Shown in pieces: positions 17,482-24,415 of a stretch of 40,429 nucleotides of DNA. The notes beneath the pieces were generated by a model that saw nothing but the letters and a program-made list of their open reading frames with translations, had not been told where the DNA came from and made no database searches. A program made the position numbers and the translations under genes. The first letter of the stretch is position 1, and every line of letters starts with the position of its first letter. This DNA is from a virus (taxonomy: Duplodnaviria > Caudoviricetes), in IMG/VR virus record IMGVR_UViG_3300020045_008807, positions 1 through 40,429 of that record; one strand, given 5' to 3'.

Positions 17482-17658
17482 TTATAAATACTTCATTATC
17501 CACGACTTAATACACTCAACTACTAATCTTCCTCCTAGTGGTATTTGTATCAAGCACCACCAAGTGAAAGGATGGAACGCCCACCACAACAAGAATGCAC
17601 CGACCAGGCCTCCTATTGTTACTGATATGTCTAGGGCACTATATTCGTCTAGTTCCAT
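17482..17658 (-). CDS. 58-aa Trp-rich membrane protein
   Basis: Translated by hand: MELDEYSALDISVTIGGLVGAFLLWWAFHPFTWW... Confidence 0.5.
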   Translation of the reverse strand: MELDEYSALDISVTIGGLVGAFLLWWAFHPFTWWCLIQIPLGGRLVVECIKSWIMKYL

Positions 17659-17680
17659 GTTTTCAAATTAACTAATAATA

Positions 17681-17805
17681 AAACTTACCTCAAATCAAAC
17701 TACTCACCTTGCACCGACTGAAATACCGGTCTAGTGGTCGAACCTAGGTGGCTCTCATATAAATACTAGAGCGCTCCGATGAATAGTCTGATTAGAAATA
17801 AGTTT
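17681..17805 (-). ncRNA. Candidate structured RNA: long stem closing a three-hairpin junction
   Basis: 28-bp stem with 22 Watson-Crick pairs, 5 G-U pairs and 1 U-U on the minus strand. Confidence 0.6.
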
Positions 17806-17848
17806 AAAAGAATCGTAGGTGAGTTTTCAGGCCCACCCACAATCTTTT
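17806..17848 (-). terminator. G-U-rich hairpin with U tract after queE
   Basis: GAUUGUGGGUGGG pairs with CUCACCUACGAUU, followed by CUUUU. Confidence 0.5.
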
Positions 17849-18571
17849 TTATACTCCTCGTTTTGTTCCACTTAATAAAATGGAAAGACGAGTTGTGTAG
17901 ATAAAACCATGTTCGTAGCATAACGCTTTGACCATAGACTCTCTCATTTCAATCTCTTCGCGAGTTTTAGAGAGGGGCATAAGACGAATCTCAGCCATTC
18001 CGAACTTGTGTATAAATTTACTAAGTTCAAGAATTTCTGGGATGTCGCTTCTTTGACTTACTACAAACTTAAAGTTTGCCTTCGGTGTTTTTGCAAGAGC
18101 TTCTAAAGCTCCAAGTTGCCTGCGCACCGTTATAGGATTTTCTGAGTTCTCTAATTTAGGAGAGCAATTTATTTGACTCACTAATTCGAGTAATTCAGTA
18201 CGAGGGATAATAGTCCCATTCGTTTCGATTTCTACCCACCAATTGTTTTTCTTAAAAAACCTAAGCAGTTTGATGAGTTCGTTCTGTTGATAAAGAGGTT
18301 CTCCACCTGAAATAACTAACATCTTTAGTTCGCCTGCCTTTTCTGCAATTTGATTGTAGAGTTGTTCTGCCTCAAAATAATGAACTTCGTCAAGCATATT
18401 GTATTTAATCGGGTGATTAGATTCAACGCCATAGAAATTCCAAGTATGAGGACTATCACACCAGATACATTTAAGATTGCACATCGCCATTCGAATAAAC
18501 ATTGTTGCCTTTCCTGCAGACTTCCCTTCACCTTGAACTGTTGGTCCAAAGACTTCGTTTACTTTTAACAT
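17849..18571 (-). CDS. queE: 7-carboxy-7-deazaguanine synthase (radical SAM)
   Basis: TVQGEG, FIR..CNLKCIWCDS, ISGGEP, IETNGT, CSPKL, KFVV. Confidence 0.93.
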   Translation of the reverse strand: MLKVNEVFGPTVQGEGKSAGKATMFIRMAMCNLKCIWCDSPHTWNFYGVESNHPIKYNMLDEVHYFEAEQLYNQIAEKAGELKMLVISGGEPLYQQNELIKLLRFFKKNNWWVEIETNGTIIPRTELLELVSQINCSPKLENSENPITVRRQLGALEALAKTPKANFKFVVSQRSDIPEILELSKFIHKFGMAEIRLMPLSKTREEIEMRESMVKALCYEHGFIYTTRLSILLSGTKRGV

Positions 18572-18600
18572 GATTTTACTTTTTAAAGAACTTTGAATAT

Positions 18601-18629
18601 ATTATACCTCCTAAGGTATACTCTAGCAA
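18601..18629 (-). promoter_or_regulatory. sigma70 promoter with ATACCT-N4-AGGTAT palindrome
   Basis: TTGCTA-17-TATAAT; palindrome at 18604-18619. Confidence 0.75.
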
Positions 18630-18649
18630 CTAAAAAGGTGCATAACTTT

Positions 18650-18949
18650 TTATGCTTTAATAGACCACCAAAACTCCTTATTTGCTGCATCTATTCCTCT
18701 TCTATTAGTTGTGTCTTTAAATATTGAAATCATGTAGGAGAGGTCTTTTGTTGGAATATGAGATAGTTTAATAGCTATCATAGATTTAGGAAAATGTTTG
18801 CCTTCTTTATTTTTTAAATTTTCTACAAAAAAAGAGACGAACTCAGCTCGCTCGCTTTTTATTCTTTGCTTCTCAGAGATAGCAGCTTCAGAGTATTTAT
18901 CTAAAATTGAATCAAATATATTTTTTTTATAATCATTTATATTTTCCAT
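18650..18949 (-). CDS. Hypothetical protein, 99 aa
   Basis: ORF track; ends FWWSIKA. Confidence 0.65.
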   Translation of the reverse strand: MENINDYKKNIFDSILDKYSEAAISEKQRIKSERAEFVSFFVENLKNKEGKHFPKSMIAIKLSHIPTKDLSYMISIFKDTTNRRGIDAANKEFWWSIKA

Positions 18950-19325
18950 ATTCTTTACTATACTTCTTTATCCCTTGTCTCAATCCATAATTTTTTTCTT
19001 GACACAGTTTGTGTATTTTATAGTGGCAATCTTGACAAAGACTTACTAAATATACTTTCTGAATTTTTAGTCTTGGTTCAAATATTTTAACATAAGATTT
19101 GTGATGTATGTTTAAATTCTTATTAAAACTACAAACTGCACACTTTTGAAACTCTTCGAATTGTCCCACAAATTTTTTAACCTCTTTCCACTTATCTGAT
19201 TTTAAATAATCTTCATAAGTAATCTTATTTCTTTTAAGTCTTTTATTGCGAGCACTAAATTGTATCTTTAATTTATTATTTATCATAAGCAATCTTGATT
19301 TTGTGATAGGGAGCTCCCCTAGCAT
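18933..19325 (-). CDS. HNH endonuclease
   Basis: YLKSDKW, CAVC, NIHHKSY, LCQDCH..IH. Confidence 0.8.
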   Translation of the reverse strand: MLGELPITKSRLLMINNKLKIQFSARNKRLKRNKITYEDYLKSDKWKEVKKFVGQFEEFQKCAVCSFNKNLNIHHKSYVKIFEPRLKIQKVYLVSLCQDCHYKIHKLCQEKNYGLRQGIKKYSKEYGKYK

Positions 19326-19560
19326 TTACAAATGCATAAAATATAAAAAGTGTTTTTCGGTTTTTTCTCCGCACTTTTCTTGGTTTTCTCTAAGTCTTTC
19401 CAAGTGCTCAGCACTCCCATATGACCCGTAATCTAAAAACACAAAACCAACTCTATGTAATGTTTTTAGCAGTGACTTGACCTTGCGACAGTCTAGTCCC
19501 CTCCCAACAATTAAGCAAGTAGGATATATGGGCTGTGGGTTCGCCACCCATATAAACACA

Positions 19561-19586
19561 AAAAAGCCACACAATTAAGTGCGGCT
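19561..19586 (-). terminator. Intrinsic terminator within a leader
   Basis: AGCCGCAC-UUAAUU-GUGUGGCU followed by UUUUU. Confidence 0.65.
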
Positions 19587-19676
19587 CGTTTGTTTTTGAT
19601 GTTGAATCAAAAAATTAGATACATTTGCAGTTATGAAAACATATTCAATTTTTTGACTTTGATTCAACATGCTTGC

Positions 19677-19706
19677 ATTATACCTCCTTTAGTTATTTTT
19701 GGGCAA
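19677..19706 (-). promoter_or_regulatory. sigma70-type promoter with half of the palindrome
   Basis: TTGCCC-18-TATAAT; shares attatacctcct with the 13273 and 18601 promoters. Confidence 0.55.
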
Positions 19707-20120
19707 CAGCTTCTTTAATTCTTGTTCTAGTGCTAATTTTTCGATAGCCCAATCCATTTTGTGAGTCATGTGAGCTTCATGTTCTTTTTGGCATTTATCC
19801 CACAATTCTACACGGTCTTTTGGAAGAATACTCTTTACTAAAGAATCATATTCTTTTTCATGCCAATGTTTCCATCCATGACATCCTCTACAAAGACATA
19901 CAATCAGTCTTGTATCAGCGTAGGTTGCCGAATTTGCGCGAGTAACCAAATGGTCTGCTTGAATTACTGTTTCGCCAAGCTCTCCTCCGCAATGACGATA
20001 TTTACGAAGAATACACCCTCCATCTCTTATCATAACAATTTCTCTTACTAGGTGTTGAATGTCGTCTTTTAATTGTGCTGTAGTAGAACAACTTTTTAGT
20101 CTCAATTTAGTTCTTTTCAT
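19689..20120 (-). CDS. NinG/Rap-like HNH recombination nuclease
   Basis: IVMIRDGGC, QADHLVTR..SAT..D, CLCRGCH. Confidence 0.7.
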   Translation of the reverse strand: MKRTKLRLKSCSTTAQLKDDIQHLVREIVMIRDGGCILRKYRHCGGELGETVIQADHLVTRANSATYADTRLIVCLCRGCHGWKHWHEKEYDSLVKSILPKDRVELWDKCQKEHEAHMTHKMDWAIEKLALEQELKKLLPKNN

Positions 20121-20420
20121 GCTCTAATTATACAAACAAAAGGTGCCATAGGCCACAGGTAATATGAAAAAAATTATCTCTGGGTCTTCTGACACCTTTT
20201 TGTAATACAACAACCAAATGAGCGTCTGTGTATTTCTGTTTGGTCTTGGCTTGTCCCAACGCAGGAGCATACCATTTCGCATCATTGAGTATTATGTAGT
20301 CATTTTCCAAACCATAGTTCCAAGTATGCAGTAAGGAGTGTGACATACTAATTGTCATCTTCTTGATTTTTTTTGACAACAGTCTACCATTAATAGTAAA
20401 GAACTTTAAAAAACTAAATC

Positions 20421-20651
20421 ATGAAAAACCCAAAAAGAGTCCATCATCACATCAAGAATCATTGCAATGGAGGTCATTCAAAACCTAACAATCTTCTCTT
20501 GATTAAAGAACACAAGGAAAAACTTATCCATCACATCTTTGGCGATAAAGATTTCTATGAAATCATTATCTTTATCTTGCGAATTGCAAGAGCCAAACAT
20601 TTTGAGGAAGTTAATCCTAAAATTAGGAAGCTTTATAAGTTTCTAAACTAA
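20421..20651 (+). CDS. Small HNH-like protein on the opposite strand
   Basis: HHHIKNHCNGG...NNLL...HHIFG; followed by a terminator. Confidence 0.6.
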   Translation: MKNPKRVHHHIKNHCNGGHSKPNNLLLIKEHKEKLIHHIFGDKDFYEIIIFILRIARAKHFEEVNPKIRKLYKFLN

Positions 20652-20682
20652 TAAAAAACACCTCATTACTGGGGTGTTTCTT
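20652..20682. terminator. Bidirectional intrinsic terminator
   Basis: AAACACCTC-attact-GGGGTGTTT flanked by A and T tracts. Confidence 0.65.
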
Positions 20683-20712
20683 ATACGGGGCCTGTTTTCA
20701 CAGGAGATATTT

Positions 20713-20741
20713 ATTATACTACTTGATTTTAATTCCTGCAA
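20713..20741 (-). promoter_or_regulatory. sigma70-type promoter overlapping the end of the holin-like gene
   Basis: TTGCAG-17-TATAAT. Confidence 0.55.
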
Positions 20742-20955
20742 GTGTTCCTTTAGAAGTTGTAAGAAGTGATTTCAAAAATGAACCAACTACTGACAACGCT
20801 CCAATTACTGCATTATTTAAAATTGTTTTCCAATCTAATCCGTAAATACTTTTTGCTGCGATTACTTCAATTATTGCTGTTAGTAAGAAAACTACTACAC
20901 CAACTGCCAATGCGTCTCTAACATCTATCCATTTCACTGTGAAAAATTTTGACAT
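20719..20955 (-). CDS. Holin-like protein with 2 TM segments
   Basis: Two hydrophobic segments; directly downstream of the endolysin. Confidence 0.65.
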   Translation of the reverse strand: MSKFFTVKWIDVRDALAVGVVVFLLTAIIEVIAAKSIYGLDWKTILNNAVIGALSVVGSFLKSLLTTSKGTLAGIKIK

Positions 20956-20956
20956 A

Positions 20957-21961
20957 TTATTTGAATTGCTTATTAAGAACTAATAATGTTTTTGGACCTA
21001 CTATGCCATCCGCTTTCAAAGCATACGACTTTTGGAAGTCCTTAACTGCCTTCAATGTTATAGCACCAAAGATGCCATCTATTTTACCATTTTTGGGGAA
21101 GTAGCCCCTGGTTTGAAGTGCTTTCTGAAGTGCCATAACATCTTTTGCCACATTATGAATACCATAGAATCTCATGTTTCTTACCCACTGATAGTGAAAC
21201 TCCTCATCTTGTGGCTCATATACTAACGATACTACATATCCTGCATAAGTGCATCGTGTTTCAAGAAACTCCTCAGAGATAAATCTTTGCCCACCTTTCC
21301 CGTATTTAGGACCCCAAGAGTCATCTATTGAGATGTATTTCTTACCCTTTACTAATCCATAATCTATTCCTGCTACTCCATGATGACATGCAAGATTTGA
21401 GTCTGCATGAAGTGATGGATATGTGGTCCATTCATCATAGTCAAACTTAAATCCAAGCAGTACTCCATATCCTTGTTCCATTACTTCTGCAATTTTATCA
21501 ACATCAATAGGGAGTGCTACATATCCTTTTGCTTTATATTCTAATGCTTCATTTGCACAAGTTGGAATTTCTTGTGTTTTATCATTCATAAATGATTCTC
21601 CTGTCATATCAGACGGCAAAGACTCTTCTAAACAACTTCCGTCTTTTACTGCAATCTCTAAAGCATTTTGAAAATACATACCACCACTAGGATAATTTTG
21701 TCTGCGAGTATATATAAATTTAGGAGATAGGTTTTTATACTCTCTTCCCTCTGAAACTTCGTGAATTCCTAGAAGTTTTGAGGTGGCTTGAGCTACACAG
21801 CTGGAGGAACCATCCTGATTTTTTATTAAATAACTCTTAAAAACCTCTTTTTCTTTCCATTGAAGAGGAATAGCAGAAGCAACTAGGCCTTCAGATTTAA
21901 AGTCTCGTAGCTTCTCTTTCTCGCTTCTTGGGTCTTCAATTACTCCTATATATTTTTCCAT
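20957..21961 (-). CDS. Putative endolysin: papain-like C1 peptidase plus peptidoglycan-binding domain
   Basis: QDGSSSCVAQ, HGVAG, DSWG; C-terminal LQKAL...DGIFG..T..AVKDFQ...DGIVGPKT. Confidence 0.8.
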   Translation of the reverse strand: MEKYIGVIEDPRSEKEKLRDFKSEGLVASAIPLQWKEKEVFKSYLIKNQDGSSSCVAQATSKLLGIHEVSEGREYKNLSPKFIYTRRQNYPSGGMYFQNALEIAVKDGSCLEESLPSDMTGESFMNDKTQEIPTCANEALEYKAKGYVALPIDVDKIAEVMEQGYGVLLGFKFDYDEWTTYPSLHADSNLACHHGVAGIDYGLVKGKKYISIDDSWGPKYGKGGQRFISEEFLETRCTYAGYVVSLVYEPQDEEFHYQWVRNMRFYGIHNVAKDVMALQKALQTRGYFPKNGKIDGIFGAITLKAVKDFQKSYALKADGIVGPKTLLVLNKQFK

Positions 21962-21962
21962 A

Positions 21963-22397
21963 TTATTTTATTATATTAAATTTTTCTGTCACGAATGTTT
22001 TAGTAATAATTCTAATGGGATTCATCTTAAAAGATACGACCACTTTTAGATAATATTCACCTGGAGGTAGGTTCTCTGGGACTGCCACAGAATTTAAGAA
22101 CTTTCCACACCCTTTTTTAAGTTGAGCTGTAGTTTCAGGCATCGAGTAAATAATTCCATCTATGAATTGTCTATGAACAGTTGGTGTAACATCTGTATAT
22201 TTACAATAATCTATCTCGTATTGAAGTAACTCTCCTCTCTTAATTGTAGTATCTGCTAGTTTGTATGGTTGCTCATTTACTGTAGTTTTATAAGGATACA
22301 CCCACCAAAACATAAAGATAGCCCAGATTATGGTTATCATCCCAAATCCTATGAGTGCTGCTATGTGGGATATTTTCTGTTTCGTTTTCATTTTCAT
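21963..22397 (-). CDS. Membrane-anchored lysis-cassette protein
   Basis: N-terminal TM segment; beta-rich domain with two Cys. Confidence 0.65.
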   Translation of the reverse strand: MKMKTKQKISHIAALIGFGMITIIWAIFMFWWVYPYKTTVNEQPYKLADTTIKRGELLQYEIDYCKYTDVTPTVHRQFIDGIIYSMPETTAQLKKGCGKFLNSVAVPENLPPGEYYLKVVVSFKMNPIRIITKTFVTEKFNIIK

Positions 22398-22561
22398 TTG
22401 ATAAATATTTTTGATAAAATTGCAAATAATGCAGTTGATAAAATGATTCCTACCATTCCAAACACTATAATTTTTACTATCATAGGGGCGTACAATTGAT
22501 TAGAACATTCTCTGTGTTTTTCTAATTCTTTATACAACTCCAGTTTTGTTTTATCATCCAT
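22394..22561 (-). CDS. 55-aa protein with a C-terminal TM segment (lysis cassette)
   Basis: Translated by hand: MDDKTKLELY...YAPMIVKIIVFGMVGIILSTALFAILSKIFIK; ATGA overlap with the next gene. Confidence 0.65.
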   Translation of the reverse strand: MDDKTKLELYKELEKHRECSNQLYAPMIVKIIVFGMVGIILSTALFAILSKIFIK

Positions 22562-22596
22562 GTTGTCTTTTTTGATGCTTAATGTATAATGTTTTA

Positions 22597-22689
22597 ATGG
22601 CTTGGATTCTTATATTTGCATTCATAATATTGGGAGCTTGGTGCGGAAGGAATGAGTATGTCTCTACTGACCGACTACCTTTTGAGTAA
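22597..22689 (+). CDS. Leaderless 30-aa single-TM peptide
   Basis: MAWILIFAFIILGAWCGRNEYVSTDRLPFE; TTGTCT-16-TATAAT ends at 22590. Confidence 0.5.
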   Translation: MAWILIFAFIILGAWCGRNEYVSTDRLPFE

Positions 22690-24415
22690 CAGCTCCTCCA
22701 AACAACCCACTTAGCTTTTTAGCTAATTCTTGACGAGTAACTCTCTTTGCTCCTTTTCCTGTTCTCTTTAGAACACCCTCTACTCCTCCAGTTAATTTTC
22801 GACCAACATTTCCTCCAATTCCTCTTCCAACTAAAGCTCCAGCAAATGGTATTCCTGTTACATTTCCTAATGCTTCTCCTCCAACTGTTGCTGCTCCTGT
22901 AACCATATCAGACATCACTCCTCTTTTAATAGGTTTATTTTCTATAGCTTTTAGTAAATCTTGAACTCTAAATAAATCTACCATTTTTTGGTTTATTGCA
23001 TTTACATCAGGAAGTCCAAGAGCCTTAGCTCCATCTTCAACTGCTTTCTGTAATGTATCTCGAACAATCTTATCTGTATTGTATGTAGGAGACATAAATT
23101 GTCCTTGACTTATTTTTTTAGCTACAATTCTTTTAGCCTTGTTTAAATCAGCAATGTCTGGGAATTCTCCATATACTTTTTTAATTCTATCAAAATACTT
23201 TTCTATTGGTCCAATATCTTCTAGTGCTCTTTCTGCTAATTTAATTGCTTCTTGTTTAGTTTGCTCTAATGGAACAAAACTAGTTCTTACTCCACTTGTT
23301 TTTACACTCTCAAGAAGTGGCTGAAGTTCTTTGTCTTCAATAGTAGATAGTTGTTCGCTAATTTTAAATCTTGCTTCTTTGGTTGATATTTTCCCGTCTA
23401 TTATGTCTGGAATAGCTCGCTCTCTAATTAAAGTCTGAACAGCTTCTGGATTTCTTGTAATTAAATTTTTCCCTTTGATAGTTCTTCCTGCCATTTCAGT
23501 TATTTGATTAGCCATAATTTTTTCTGCAGAGCCTTTCAATGCTGAGGAAGCAGCATCCATTGCTAAATTTTTTACTACTCCTAGTCCTTTAAGAATTGGA
23601 ATTGCTGTAACGATATTTAAGCCTGCTTCTAAATCCTTTGATAATTCAGGGTGTTTTTCAGAAAAGTCTTTCATTGTACTTATAACACTTTGTCCTGCTT
23701 CTGTTCCAAAGAATGCTTGTGCTCCTTCTCCAATAAGATTTTCAATTTGTTTTACTCCTGGAATTAATTCAAGTCCTTTGTTTACAATGTCTCCCAATCC
23801 TCCAGCAGCAGCTCCTACAGTCTGCAAAAGACCAGAAACTCTTGTCTGTCCTGTTTTTTCTTTTCCTCCTACCATAGACTCAACTCCTTTTCCTCCTTCT
23901 TCTAATCTAGTACCAAGTTGTTCTCCAAGAGTAGGGTCTTTTTCTTTAGGCATTTCAATTGGAGTAGTACTAGTAACTTTTTGTGGAGCAATCCGTCCTT
24001 TTAATTCATTATAGTAGTTTGAAACTTTTAATGTGTATGCAGGAGTATCATAACTAACTCCTAGTTCTGCATTATATCCTTTGTGGTTTTTTGTATAAGC
24101 ATTTTCGTCTCCACTATTCCATTTACTAGCAATTTGAGCAGGAGTAAGTCCTTTGTCTTTCCATTCTTTTATTTGATTATAAGCAACTCTGTTTTGATTT
24201 TCTACGGTCATTGGAGCATTTTCTATCCCAAGATGTTTTTTTGACCATTCTTTCCATGTTGCATCTTGAAATTGATAGCCACCCTTAGAGGTTCCTCCAT
24301 CTCCAACTGCATTATATGCATCAGAAGAATCTCCTGTTTCTGCTCTTCTAATTGCACTTGCTAAATTTTTTACATCTGGGTCTAGTTGTGTTTCCATATT
24401 ACCATTGTTCTGCAA
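22664..24415 (-). CDS. Internal virion/ejection protein with N-terminal lytic transglycosylase-like domain
   Basis: AIRRAETG, GGYQF..ATW, NQNRVA, IASKWNSG. Confidence 0.75.
   Translation of the reverse strand: MQNNGNMETQLDPDVKNLASAIRRAETGDSSDAYNAVGDGGTSKGGYQFQDATWKEWSKKHLGIENAPMTVENQNRVAYNQIKEWKDKGLTPAQIASKWNSGDENAYTKNHKGYNAELGVSYDTPAYTLKVSNYYNELKGRIAPQKVTSTTPIEMPKEKDPTLGEQLGTRLEEGGKGVESMVGGKEKTGQTRVSGLLQTVGAAAGGLGDIVNKGLELIPGVKQIENLIGEGAQAFFGTEAGQSVISTMKDFSEKHPELSKDLEAGLNIVTAIPILKGLGVVKNLAMDAASSALKGSAEKIMANQITEMAGRTIKGKNLITRNPEAVQTLIRERAIPDIIDGKISTKEARFKISEQLSTIEDKELQPLLESVKTSGVRTSFVPLEQTKQEAIKLAERALEDIGPIEKYFDRIKKVYGEFPDIADLNKAKRIVAKKISQGQFMSPTYNTDKIVRDTLQKAVEDGAKALGLPDVNAINQKMVDLFRVQDLLKAIENKPIKRGVMSDMVTGAATVGGEALGNVTGIPFAGALVGRGIGGNVGRKLTGGVEGVLKRTGKGAKRVTRQELAKKLSGLFGGAVTQKVVGQ

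Noticed and set aside
17709-17777. tRNA call (GGUUCGA) or tracrRNA-like end (AGUCGGUGC)
   Set aside because: Arm order and spacing do not fit a tRNA, there is no CCA, and no cas gene or array is present.
17776-17798. Hammerhead-like CCGAUGA...GAAA on the plus strand
   Set aside because: The core has a mismatch, stem II does not form properly, and the wobble pairs favour the minus strand.
13352-18571. Queuosine tRNA or folate auxiliary metabolism as the role of folE/queD/queE
   Set aside because: There is no queC, queF or other folate gene, and the DpdA-like and DpdL-like neighbours favour DNA modification.
19326-19574. 82-aa minus-strand ORF
   Set aside because: It starts inside the terminator stem, crosses hairpins and has no motif; probably non-coding, though not excluded.
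20128-20379. 83-aa minus-strand ORF
   Set aside because: Non-ATG start and no recognisable features; it may be real but I cannot support it.
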